Counted from the first letter of the stretch, positions 22,861-35,445 are shown. The stretch is DNA of 64,000 nt from Octopus bimaculoides (GCF_001194135.2 NC_068983.1:79645752-79709751), one strand, 5' to 3'. Notes: generated from the sequence alone by a model not told the origin. Program-made: numbers and translations.

Positions 22861-25660
22861 TTGTTAAGTTGAGCAATTCTGCGTGTGTGTGTGTGTGTAT
22901 GTGTTTATGTGTATGTAAATGTTATTTACTTTTACCCCATTGAATAAAAACATACAAGCATTGTTTTATTTGGAACCATATCAAGTTTTTCTTGCTTTGG
23001 GGTGAGAGTTTATAAATAAATATCAAAGTATGTAATGAGCTATCTGGTTCCAGAGCCATTGTAAATAATGTAGTTAAGAATTTTGTGAAGATTCTTGTTT
23101 TACCAGTATATGTTGAGCTATTATAATTATTGCATTCATAGAACATCAAATTTTATGTATTCATATTTCTTCTTTTTTTTTTTATCTATCATTATGATTA
23201 GGAAATTGAAAAACAAATGTAATTTTATTCTTAAGCTATGTTTGTTCCATGCTTTAAGAAATATCAACTACTGCTAATGCTTGTAAATATAATTAGATAT
23301 ACAAGGTGAATTTATGAACTAAGAATGTGTAGAAGCTTTCTTTTTTTTTTTTACTTCTGTTGGACTAATTTTATTAAGATGTTTATATATGTATGTATAT
23401 TGTTAGATATTTTTATACCTCATATTTAATAGTGTTAAGAATTTATTTTCTTCTTGAAATGGAGATATTTTATAAATGCCAAGTTGGACAAGATCATTAC
23501 TTTGCTATATTAATTCATGATATTAAAATTATTTTGAAATAATTTTGAGTATTTGAATGGTAATATTAAATATTGAATATTTTCACATGAGACTCTTATT
23601 TTCTTCCATCTAGTTATGAGTTCCAACTTTGCTCCTCAGTTAACTTGTTGAAAACTCTGAATGATTGTAGTCACTCAGTTATGAATTTCTCTTTATGGCT
23701 TGTCAGAGGAAGAAAGGCACTAGCCTTGATCTTTGCACAGCCTTTAATTCTATTGGAAACACAGGAAAAGAAACAGTGATTAATGAATTAGAGACTCTCT
23801 GACAAGCTCCCGCATAATTTTTGGCTATCAAATTTCACTCGTAATACCTAGCCTGACCATAGGGTTATGGCAGAAGACACTTGCCAAGAAGAGGCACAAT
23901 GACATTGAACTTGCAATCATGATTGTGAAGAGGGCTTCTTAACAATAAACCATATTTTGTGGCAGTAAAAGCATCTAACTGCTGAAATACTTGCTCATAC
24001 TGTAAATAAAATTTCATGGATCTTGAAATGTTTCTGCTTGAGCATTTATTGTCGTTAATCTGAGTTATGGATATTTGGTGTATGGTTCCTCCTACATAAA
24101 GCATTGTTAATTCAACAATTTCTGACAGAAAATAAAATCACTATACTGCAGCGTGCATCATATTTTCAAGATTTCTTAGCTTTCATTACCACAAAGTAAG
24201 CCAGCATTGAAATAGCATTGCTATGTTGGAAGTGAAGCCATTGAAATTGCTGTTGACAGGACAGTTATATCGGATTTAAGTAAATTCTTTACGACAAATG
24301 GAACACTGACAGTGATGTATTCATGCAGAAGAAATTTAACAATAAACTAGTAATCATTAATAATATTAGTTACATGACTAAACCTCTCTAGACAACAAGG
24401 ATCCATGTGATTGGTGCTCAACTCTGGATTTACTAACATTAAGTAGATAAGGACAAATCTCACTTCACCCATATTTCACTTCTATGCAGCATTATTCTCC
24501 TTGTGCATATTTCATACACTCTAAATTTTACATGAAAAGAGAATCTGATGTTCTGGTTATTGTTGCTTTTGTTGTTGTATCATCCTAAGTTGGCTGAGAT
24601 GAAGCAGGCTTATGGTCATTGATGTTCCTATCGTGATCAACTTGTTTGTTTTTTTTTTTACCTTTAACTCATCCTTTTCTTCTTTTATATGATACAGTGT
24701 ACACACATACATACAGATGGGTAGATATGTATATGCATGTATATATTACATACACTCATATATTCATACACACACACACACATACACACATACATACACA
24801 CACCACTTTCTCTTTGTAATTTCCCATCCAAAAGAAAAAATTATTCTGTAATTAATACTACAGTAGCTAGAGTTACATATGGCTTATTAATAAATAGCAC
24901 ATGTTACAGTAAAAGTGAAAAATCATATTTTTCTTGTAAAATAAATGGTTTCAGAAAATACAACTTCATTAACAACTAAGTAAAATTTCTATTTTCTATT
25001 ATTTCTTCTACCATTTTTGCGTTTTTATATACGATTCCATTGCTGCATTCTTACATAGGACTTTTGAGATGTTTTAGTGTATTTTGTACAACACAAATGT
25101 CAAAATAAAACAAAAAAACAGAAAATACAATGGCTGTTTACTATTTTCACTTTCATTACAACAGTAATATAAAATAAAATTGATGATAATTTATACATTA
25201 TCTCTTTTCTAAGTGCAGATCGTTTAATTAATCTTGTTGCTATAACAAGTTACACCCATTTTTGTGATAAGTATTAAAACATGTTGTTGAAATGTTGTTA
25301 ATGTAAACATTTAAACTGATTGAAGGATACTTTTTTTTTTTTATACATTTCTGTTTTATTCTTGAAGATATGATATAAAAGATAAGATGTTAAACATGAT
25401 GTGCAAAAAAATGTTCAGATTTGCTGGTGGAATGTTTGTTTTAAGAAGAAACTTGATGCAACTTTTGGTAAAAATGCTCAAGTATCTTGTTAGTAAATTG
25501 TTTTCTTTAAAAACATGTTAATTTTTAATTATATATTTGGTGTGAGAGCTTTTTTTTTATTTACTTCAGGTTGAGTGTGTGCTTTATAAGGAATAAAGTT
25601 TTTATACATTTATAAAATACATTATCTTTAATTTTTTTTTTTTTTTTATTTGATAAGGGA

Positions 25661-25878
25661 AAGGTGGTGAACTGGCAGAATCCTTACTGTGCTGGACAAA
25701 CTTCCAAGTGGCATTTCCACTAGCTTTACATTCTAAGTTCAAATGTTGCCAAAGTCAAGTTTGCCTTTCATCGTTATGGGGTTGATAAAATAAGTACTAG
25801 TTGAGTACTGGGGAAGATATAATCAACTAGCTCCCTCCCACAAAATTTCAGGCCTTGAGCCTTTAGTAGAGATAAATA
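25661..25878 (+). mobile_element. tRNA-derived SINE family C
   Basis: AAGGTGGTGAACTGGCAGAATC..AAGTTCAAATG..GCCTTTCATC..GATAAAATAAGTAC..CAGGCCTTGAGCC. Confidence 0.85.
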
Positions 25879-28739
25879 TTTAATTAGGGAATATAATTTT
25901 ATTTTAGATAAGGATTTCTCATATTTTAACTATTGGTTCTGTGTAATATAGTTTGCACGAAAAAGTTATATTTATTGTCTCTTAAAATATGTTTGATATT
26001 TGAAATAATCATAGTTGGTGTTATTCATTGCCTTTTATTGATCTTTGGCACATACTTAGTGAGCCAATATAGTTTAGTTTCCTATTTATATAATGGTTTT
26101 AGTCTATGTGTGAGCACCAGTACTTGCTACTTTGGTTTTTCAGTTAGTTATCTCTATTACTCATATTGCTGGTTATTTTAACCTCAGAGATTTCTTTTTG
26201 ATCAAGAATTTCCTTCAGTTCCACTCGGCAATTTACCAAAGATAACAGCTTGAAACTGCGAACCTTTCATTATATTAGATTAGCACCCAATTGCAATGTT
26301 CTGAAATAGCCAAAATATATTTAGAGAGATTTGTAGCAGAGTAAAAGATAATAAAGTTACATATCTTATAGTTACTGTTGAGTCAAACATAAAATTTTAA
26401 GTAAATATATTTTCTGTTGACACCCATAACCTATTATCATTATTCAAATATGTTCATCTATTTTTAAGTTTCTGTTGGAGAATACGGTGTCCTCACATCA
26501 ATTTAAGCAAGTTTTCTAAATCACTCATTTAATCTTCTTTGTTTCAATTCAGTATTCATTATTGACAGTAATAGTTTACCTGCTGGAAGTTTTGTGGGTT
26601 ATAAATAAATCATTAAATGCATCATAGAAATTAACTTCTTTTGAATTGGGAATCTAAACAGCTTTCAGAAATCAAAGATAATGTGTTGTGCAGTCGACAA
26701 TGTGTTTCAAAATATCCTTGACAATAACTTGAGCAGCAAGTTAACTTGCTGTAGTGTGCTAAACAGCCAGTTAAAAGTGAATAGATCAGATTATTTGATA
26801 CTGAGAAAAAAATCAATAGGGAATTGAGGAGAAAAAATGTAAAAGGAATCAGTTTGGGAATATTGTGTGAAAAGAATGTGTACTGAGGCAAATCAAACAG
26901 TTGACTGACAGAAGGAATAGATCTAACTGAAAGTCTTGATTTCTCTGATAAGTTTAATTCTCTTGTACTATTTTAGTACTTCCATTTGAATGTCAGCTGT
27001 TGATAATTTGCTCACAGAAAATGCCTTATATTATTCCACTGATACAGGTGTTAAAGGTGAACATGACTGGTGTTTGTGACTAGTTGTTATGTGTTATAAA
27101 TGGTTTCTACTTAGTGTTTGTTTAGATAAAATCTTTGATAATTAATCAAATAGATTTAGTTCTTATCAGTATTTGGAACAAAAATCATCAAGAAAGAAAT
27201 GGTATAAAATTAATTTTCAGGAAATAAGGACAAACATAGTCAGTTTTAGGAAAGAATATATTTAGTCTTTCACTGATGAGCTGAAGTAATCATCCTATCA
27301 AATATACTTGACAGAATTTTCCCATAACTGTTATCAGTGGTGTTAATAAAAGTAATTTAAATAACTAATTACTCACTCTTTTGTTTCCAATTACAAACAC
27401 ACACAATGCCTGTCTACTACACATGAGACTACATGAAAGTGAATATGAAATATAGGGCAATAGATAGGAATTGTTTTTAAATCTTTAGTCATAAGAGAAA
27501 AATCTTATAGGGAAAATAACTGTAACATTGGAAAATGACATTTAAATACTGTCTAAGAGAAACAGTAAACTTCTTTGATGTAACTAAATATAAGCCAATA
27601 TAGAGAAGGAACAGGAGAGATTGTGCATTGTTATTAGGAATAGCTTCTAAATCTACTTCAAAGAACACCTGCCATCTTAAAACAGGTGGTTTCCGTTATA
27701 TTTTATATCCTAGATGTATTGTCCTGGGCAACAGTTCTCAAACTTTTCTTCCAGCATTCTCATTTGTCATGTCTAACAGTGTTGACGTACTTCTCATGAA
27801 GAATTTAGAATAAAATGGTTGAATCCCATAAAAGAGAAAATAATGGATACCATTTTTAAAGGACATAAAACAGACAATAATTTGTTATTAATTATTATAT
27901 TTGGAAGTCAAGATTCCCAAGTAACATCTATGTCTAAGTTTGTTTTGTCTTTTAAATATAGATACTATTTATTAAGTCTAAGGGTGCATCATTAAAAAGG
28001 AGTTGGTTTAGGGAGAAAATGTGTTGCTCTTGACTAGAACACCTTGTCCCTCACACTTCCCAGTTTGCTTAAATTACAAGAAGACTATCTATAAAAACAA
28101 AAACAAACAGGGCAGATATATATGTAAGACTAAAATGTTGACAGATAGGTTTTATAGACGAAAACAAAGAATATTAAGGAGTGGTCTGCTCAGTTGGGGC
28201 TAAACTCAAGCCAAACTATAAAAACAAGCCAATAAAGTGATAATCAATTTTGGCTATCAATTACTCTATATTTCCAATAACTTATTCTGCTTCTCAAGTA
28301 AATAGAAATTCAATACCATTTGTATTGTGGTGAGAGAAGATTTACTTTAGTGTTTATTTCTAATGAAAGATATTAAAAAAAAAAGCATCAAGTAATTACA
28401 TTACTTATAAAATGAAGTCATGTGATTGTATGATATCATTAAATGTGATTACTAAATTTCTGTGCTGAACTATGTATTAATTCGTAGTTTTCTGTTATAA
28501 ACTGGCAGAATTCATTTTTATTGGAAAGTACACTATCACCTCTTTCTTCAATTTACCTTGCTTGAAATAGAAACCATTCCACATTCATAATGAAACATTG
28601 TTTGGGGAATAAGGCACACCCATCAATTATTTAATACTTAAGACAGCATTCAAATGAAAGCCAATTATTTTTTGATGGCTGTTTAAACTCCTGCCAAATA
28701 CACTTATTTAACTGTTGTGGTATTTTATTTTAGCTTGAT

Positions 28740-29665
28740 TTAAAGGCATTTTAGTTAATAGCTGGGTCTCTATCTGAGACTTAAGACTAGTAACTATGTT
28801 ATAATGATAGGAATTTTCTCAAGAGATGTGCTATTGAAGTTAGTGCAATCTTTTGAACGTCATATATATTTGATTTTCTAGGTAATTTTATCAATGAAGA
28901 TTGAAGACCCTTTTTAAACCATACCTACAGCTCCCACTTCTACTGGTAGAATAGTAGTAGGAGCACTGTTTTCAGTTCCCATAATATGCTGATTCCTATC
29001 TCTAGGTCCTTGTTTTTAACTGACTTTTTGAATTCTTTGACTAAGATATTTCAATCAGCTGGTCCGGTCATTTCTATTAGATAGCAGGCATTTATCTGTC
29101 TGCTTGAATGGATGGTAAAATCCCACAGAATAGTAACTCTATTACCCTCTGTGATTAGTCTTTAGGAAGGGGATTGTCATAATGTCAACAGATTTTCCAA
29201 TGTAACTACTGCCCTATTCACTCATATCTGGTTTTGTACTCAGTTATTATGAGCTTAGAGTAGCCATCCACAATGTGGTCGATGGTTTCAATACTATTAT
29301 CATATAGTCTAAAGTTTGCATCAGTACCATTGTGGAGAACATTTGCTTGGTAGTTTGTTTATCCTGAGCTGCCATTATAAAACCTTCAATTTTTACCTTT
29401 AGACCTGAACTGCACATCCACTGATATTAACTTTCTTTATATCAGCTTCCCTTGTTTGCTTGGGATACTGACCATCAAGCAGTTTCTCTTGCCTGTTTGT
29501 TTATAAGTTTTTTCAGGTCTTCTTTTTTGTAGCTTTATGTTTGTTTTGTTTTGCTGCTTCTGTTAGCATTGCAGCTTTGGCATTAATCATTTACATCTAA
29601 ATTTAGTTCTATTTTATACTTCTGTATGTAGCTTTTAGTACCCTTTGTAGTAACTTAATAGCTGT
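28740..29665 (-). pseudogene. R4/Dong-clade (RLE) non-LTR retrotransposon 3' remnant
   Basis: QWMCSSGLKVKIEGFIMAAQD / NYQANVLHNGTDANFRLYDNSIETIDHIVDGY (decayed CCHC knuckle) / LHWKIC / VTILWDFTIH / KDLEIGISILWELKT / LPVEVGAVGM / VQKIALTSIAHLLRKFLSL* (stop at 28799-28801). Confidence 0.85.
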
Positions 29666-29669
29666 GTCA

Positions 29670-30245
29670 ATTATTATTATTGAGTGAGAGAGGAGTGAAT
29701 GCAATCAAAGTGACACTGGGGTAAAGTATATGAAGCCTAGTATACTCATCATGGCTACCTATCTGATAAGGGTACACCAGGTACCCTTATCAGACAGGTA
29801 CCCTTATCAATCACATGTGCACAGCATGGTGATCTCATATCAAGATAAACAATGCAGCACCTTGCAGGTGGGGTCCAGTTAGAATTTTCTTCACATCAAG
29901 TAGCTCATCCCACTCAAAGGGTCCCTGAATAAGGGTTGTTTAAGGATGTTGAATGAAACACTCATGTTTCCTGAGGTGAATTATTCAAACCCCAAAGAAT
30001 TCCTCTCCTTTCAGCACATGGCTATGATGCTCCCTAACTACTTCTGCTCATGATCAGAGATGCACATATTGTTAGCCACTATAGAACATGCTCAACTGGT
30101 TACGGTCAAACAAATGACGAGCAAATCTATGATAGTGAGCAGAATATTTGCTGAAGCCCATCTTTTATACCAAAATAAAACATGCACATGATACCAGTTA
30201 AGATCAGAAGCCATGAGAGCCAATGCCTGGTACTGCACCTGGGCA

Positions 30246-30246
<1 letters not shown>
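29670..30246 (-). mobile_element. Family E ~570-bp (AAT)n-tailed non-coding element
   Basis: Colinear with 53113-53639 and with the fragment at 47881-47972; flanked on both sides by (ATT)n. Orientation is inferred from the CTCTCACTCA(AAT)n end. Confidence 0.75.
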
Positions 30247-30276
<30 letters not shown>

Positions 30277-30278
<2 letters not shown>

Positions 30279-30495
30279 GGTGGTGATCTGGCAGAATCTT
30301 TAGCATGCCGAATGAAATCCTTAGTGGCATTTCATCTGTCTTTACTTTCTGAATTCAAATTCTGTCAAGTTTGACTTTGCCTTTCATCCTTTTGGAATCG
30401 ATAAAATAAGTACCAGTTAAACACTGGGAGCAATGTAATTGACTTACCCACTTCCCCTTATGCTGGCCTTGAACCAAAATTTGAAGCTATTATTA
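30277..30495 (+). mobile_element. SINE family C in (ATT)n
   Basis: AAGGTGGTGATCTGGCAGAATC..GCCTTTCATCC..GATAAAATAAGTACCAG..TGAAGCTATTATT. Confidence 0.85.
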
Positions 30496-31129
30496 TTATT
30501 ACTATCTTTTCTCACCTAAATTTATGTAAACACCCCAGAAATTGTAACCAGTCTTTGTAATGTTCCCTGCATTTAATGTTGTTGCACTTGTCATCATTGT
30601 TGTTGCTTCATGAGTTTAATTTGCAAATACTTTCTTAGAAGTAATCTTAAGACCCTACTCCCAGCCCTGACCAATTGTCACATTGTCATATTTTCTTTGT
30701 GCTGCTTCCATAGTAGTATAAATGAATGTTCCGCTCATTTATTTATTTTTTAATGCTTTGGCTTTACTCAAACCTCTACATGGGAACACTTCAATCTTAC
30801 ATGTGTGTGTGTGCCATGCTTTTTTCTAGATAGTCTTCTAGTTTTGAGCAAACAAGAAGGGAGAAGGAGGATATATTTGTAATAAAATATTTCAATGGAG
30901 TGTACTTAATATTTTAGAAAATAACAATTTGAATTATTCTTAATTGAATGCTATCAACATAAATGATGGTGTGTGTGTTTGTGTATGTGTGTAAAATATG
31001 ACTTATCACCACAGAACTTATTGAATCATATTATATCCTATGAATTGATAGTGATTGGTATACACCAGACCTAGAAGTTGAGATTATTGTTTTTCTAAGT
31101 GTGGACAGAAAGAACAATCTCTACAAGTG

Positions 31130-31310
31130 ATGTTGTTCATTTCCATTCTTCCATGAAAATATTACCAGTCTTGGAGAAATATTAGCTTTCTTGAAAACAG
31201 TGAGAGTTGGCGATAGGAAGAGCATCCAGACATAGAAAATCTACCTTAGTGAATATCATCTGACACTGTAAGCATAGAAAAGTGAATGTTAACACAAAGG
31301 TGATTGTGGT
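31130..31310 (+). mobile_element. D2 tail, degraded
   Basis: GAGTTGGCGATAGGAAGAGCATCCAG..AGAAAATCTACC..AGCATAGAAAAGTGAATGTTAA. Confidence 0.6.
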
Positions 31311-31897
31311 GGTGGGTGCCTGTTTGTCTTATTAAAAATAGTAAATCCAATAAAATAAATCTTGCTTCATCAGAGGATTCATCATGCACTAAGGCCTCAA
31401 TATGGATGTAGAAACATAGACGGGCAGATAAATGAAGTGATGGTGATGATTATACTTGTGTGCAAAAGAAAGAGAGAGATGTGATGATGATGATGGTGGT
31501 GATGATCAAGGTGCTGCTGTTTGTGGTGAAGGCTGGTGTAATTGAAATGAAGTTAAATAAAGATGATCATTATCATCTATAAAAGTTGACTTGACCCAAA
31601 ACTCTAGTGGAATACACAAGCCTATGGTGCTGTTAGGTGTGATTGAACTGATTAACCACATATTGCATGTGCGGTTAAGCAGTTCAGCCACACTTAGCCA
31701 CACAGCTATACCTATGCCTTCATCCAGCTTTGAGGAGAAAGAGTGAAAGAAAATTTCCAACTCATTAAATAAAACTAATATATTTCAATAGTTTGCTTTT
31801 ATTTTCAAAACAGCCAAAGGAATAACAGTGAAAATTAGTAATTATACTTAATCAGTATTTAAGTAATAGTATATTCTTTGTACAAACCCCTTCTGCT

Positions 31898-32114
31898 TTA
31901 ACACTCTGGGATACCAACCTGCCCAAGACCACCCTTATTCTACAATGCAAATGATCTGTTTTAAATTAATTAATTTAAAAACTTTCCATTAAAATTTCAT
32001 GTTGACATATAATCCAAAATCCAGCTTAATAATTACTAAATTATTTTACTAAATTCTTTGAAATCTCCAACATTAATTTTAACAAAGTATATCTTAATAG
32101 AGCAAAAAGGTTAA
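31898..32114. mobile_element. TTAA-flanked piggyBac-like MITE
   Basis: TTAA at 31898-31901 and 32111-32114; the internal sequence is shared with 61565-61760, which begins TTAA-CCCT. Confidence 0.5.
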
Positions 32115-32890
32115 ACCTGTCCATGGGCAAACTGCAGCACACAGGACTTTCTGAATGGTCTGCCAATGAAAAATTTTTTTTTTGGTAGTGCAAACACCCT
32201 GATGATGAGCCATGTCTCATGTGACCTACTTCTCAAAAATGGTTGCCTGAGTTAAATCAATAATCTGTGGGAGAATTTTGGTATAGAGATACTGTTTTGC
32301 ATATATTCATCTACCTCAGTGCCATTATCATAACAGTGGCTGACTTTGCGCAGCTGCCTTGTGATGTCTATAAACTTTATCAAACACTTATACATTGTCA
32401 ACCATGTCAGAACATCATTAAATTATATCAGAAGAAATATAAGCATAGCATGTAACGAAGTGTTAGATCTTGGTCATAAAGTGACAAAAGTTCACTACTA
32501 TCTTTGACAATCTTACTAAAGTGGACATTATTTTCTTCTCACCACCCATTTTAACAATTTTCATTCATGTATGCGACATTAATGAATTAACATAAAAATT
32601 CTTGAGGAAACTATGTACAACACACATCATAGAGCGCATGATTTAATTAACTCAACATAAGAAAATGTTTCTAGTCTATCTCTAAAAGAATTGGAGATGG
32701 ATTATAACTTTATTTTTTATTAGTTTGTCTGGAGTAGCGATGATAAACTTGTGATGCACCATGGGGTTCTATGTTAGAGTAAGGTTAGGAAAACTGTATG
32801 TAAACTTAAATAAAGTTCTATTTCAAACATTATTTTTACATTTGTTGAGCACCTGAGCACAGTATACAATAAGCCAATTATTATTATATT

Positions 32891-33115
32891 AAAGGTGGCG
32901 AGCTGCCTAAATCATTATCACTCTGGACAAAATACTTAGTAGCAGTTTTTCCAGCTTTTCATTTTGAGTTCAAATTCCACCAAGGTCAACTTTGCTTTTC
33001 ATTCTTTTGGAATTGATAAAATAAGTACCAGTTGATCACTGGGATTGATGTAATCAACTAGCCCCCTCTTCCCAAATATCAGGCCTTTTACCCATAGTAG
33101 AAGAAAAGGATCATT
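32891..33115 (+). mobile_element. SINE family C
   Basis: AAGGTGGCGAGCTG..GAGTTCAAATTCC..GATAAAATAAGTACCAG..CAGGCC. Confidence 0.85.
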
Positions 33116-33139
33116 ATTATTATATTATGAAACAATGAA

Positions 33140-33350
33140 GGAGCTTCTATGCAATTACTCCACCAGTTCAAGTTAACTACCAAATTACCTTCAAATCACA
33201 TCCTACTGTCATGGGGAAAAGGGAAGCACAGAATGGATAATTTAGTTCCACAAATATTCATGTCTGGATAAATGACTGGATGGTTACTGCAGAAATGCTT
33301 TGAGCCAAGGTTTTCTGTAAAGCTTGACCTGGAGCCAAACAACGACAACA
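33140..33350 (+). mobile_element. Family G repeat with (AAC)n-like tail
   Basis: CAAATTACCTTCAAATCACATCCTACTGTC..GACTGGATGG..GACCTGGAGCCAAACAACGACAACA. Confidence 0.5.
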
Positions 33351-33736
33351 GGAAAAATTTAAATTATCAACTTTATCCTTAGCACTTGGAGATCATGATT
33401 ACAGCAAATCTCTTAACTTACTGTACTTATAGCGCAAACAATAAGTGAATAGATGGAAAGAAACAATAAATCTCCCACTCACACAGTATTTTTCGTAAGA
33501 AGTACCAGACCCCCATTTGGGTGGAACTGTAAAACTTGAAATATGAGCAAAGAAATAGCCATGTTTAATAAAATTAAAGTAGATCCTAACTTTGTGAACA
33601 TGTCCAACACCATGGGTGAATAAAGAAGAATTATATAGAATTGAATTTTGGTTTGTCTTCTCATTGATAATGGGGAAGTGGGGATAAAATTTTCATTTAT
33701 ATATTGGGAAGGAGTGGTAGGTGTATGTCAGCTTGA

Positions 33737-33951
33737 AGGCAGCGAGCTGGCAAAAATGTTAGCACACTGGGCGAAATGCTTATCGATATTTTGTCTGTCT
33801 TTATGTTCTGGGTTCAAATTCTGCTGAGGTTGACTTTGCTTTTCAACCTTTTGAGATTGATAAATTAAGTACCAGCTGTGTACTGGTGTCGATCTAATTC
33901 ACTGCCCCCCTCCCCAAAAATTTCAGGCCTTGTGCCTAAAGTAGAAAAGAA
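33737..33951 (+). mobile_element. SINE family C, full length, 13-bp TSD
   Basis: TATGTCAGCTTGA occurs at 33724-33736 and 33952-33964. Confidence 0.9.
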
Positions 33952-35111
33952 TATGTCAGCTTGAGAATCATTGTACCAACTTTCATCTATAAATCTGTTG
34001 TGGAATATATTAATCTAAATCTTATATATTCCAACCCATTTAGAATGCCAACCACTTTACAGTGTATACTGGGTGCTTTTTTTCATTCCACTGGAACTAG
34101 TAGGACTACCAATATAACTTGGGAAAATAGAAAAAGAACAGAGAGAAGGAAAAGGAAAAACGCTTCTGCTTCAAAGTGGGGGTGGGAATATTTAAGTATA
34201 GGGGTGGTTTATGCTAGGTGTTGAAAGGTGTTTGTATGTAATAATTTGTCATAAACTGTATGACAAGTTATTACTTTTCCAATGTCTTTTGAAATACTAT
34301 TCTTCTATCAAAATAATTGAAATGTTTGTCCTTAGCAATAGAATAGCATTTTATTCCACATATCATCAATAAGTTCTCCAGTATTTATACACTTTTTTTT
34401 TTTTGTCACTGTTCTTTTGTTTAAGTCAATTTCAATACCTCTTTAATGTTGAGAAATCTCATTGTACAAGAAAGTGTTCAGTTTCATACTAATAAATATA
34501 CAAATGATTCTTGTTACCAATTTGCCGTGGTCTTGCTTGTCATCTTAAAAGATGGCCATGAAATTTCAAAGCTGCAAACATTGATCAAAATAGCTCTTGA
34601 TAGAAGTCCAAATTATCAATGCCCAAAACTTCATTCCTGATTCACCAAAGATTAAGACACTAATTGCAGTCTGGCTATCTGGTGATAAATTTGCATAATA
34701 GCCTGATGTCCATCCGTAAACACCTAATTAATGTAATTAGTATGCAATCATTGATGTGTCAACACTGTTTACTACCTTAAAATGTAATTGTACTTCTTTT
34801 GTTATTATTAAGTTGCAAATGTCATGCAAAACATCAACTTTAATCTTGTCAGGTTTCAAGTAAATTAATCTACTTTAATATGTTAATTTTCACTGCAGAA
34901 AATAAAAGTTTTTATTTGGGGAAGAAATTTGCTCTTAGTCTGATCAAGTTGTTGAAATTGAAGAAGATAACGATTATTTATTCTTGATAGTTTTAATTAA
35001 AAGTTTGTTTGATAACATTTCATATGGCTGCTTCATTCTGTTTCTCTGTGTTTTTCGTTTTTGTGTTGTTTTGGTCCTAGGTCAGTTTTGATCATCTATT
35101 GACTTTTATAT

Positions 35112-35146
<35 letters not shown>

Positions 35147-35279
35147 ATCATCATCATCATAAATTGTAAAATGTATAAAATGTTATTTAAGAGAGATTAG
35201 CCTGCTATTTCTAACAGATCAAGCAAGTAACTTTCTAATGATTCTGTCAATCCATTGCTTTTGTTGTTAGTAATAATAA

Positions 35280-35445
35280 AAATAACAACAATTATAATTG
35301 TTTCTGATTTATGTACAAGGTCAGCAATTTTCAGGGAGGGGATCGGTCTTTACCGTTGACCCTCAGTGCTTAACTGGAACATTATTTAACAACCCTGAAA
35401 AAGATGGAAAGTGAAGTTAACCTTGTAGAGATTCAGCCTCAGAAG
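35280..35445 (-). mobile_element. Degraded SINE C
   Basis: ACAAGGTCAGCAATTTT..CAGTGCTTAACTGG..GATGGAAAGTGAAGTTAACC is the reverse of the family C centre and tail. Confidence 0.55.

Noticed and set aside
26734-26751. 18-bp perfect palindrome CAGCAAGTTAACTTGCTG
   Set aside because: One 9-bp-arm palindrome in 64 kb is within chance expectation
30195-30240. 9-12-nt matches of the E end to U2 snRNA (TAAGATCA; CCTGGTA.TGCA)
   Set aside because: The matches are too short and the spacing is about 20 nt instead of over 100 nt; chance is not excluded
33480-33530. Possible 44-nt minus-strand micro-exon (TTTTACAG|...|GTGAGT)
   Set aside because: All three frames are open, there is no partner exon and the peptide is not recognisable
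34446-34760. ORFs on both strands in a non-repetitive patch
   Set aside because: There are no recognisable domains and the splice signals are weak
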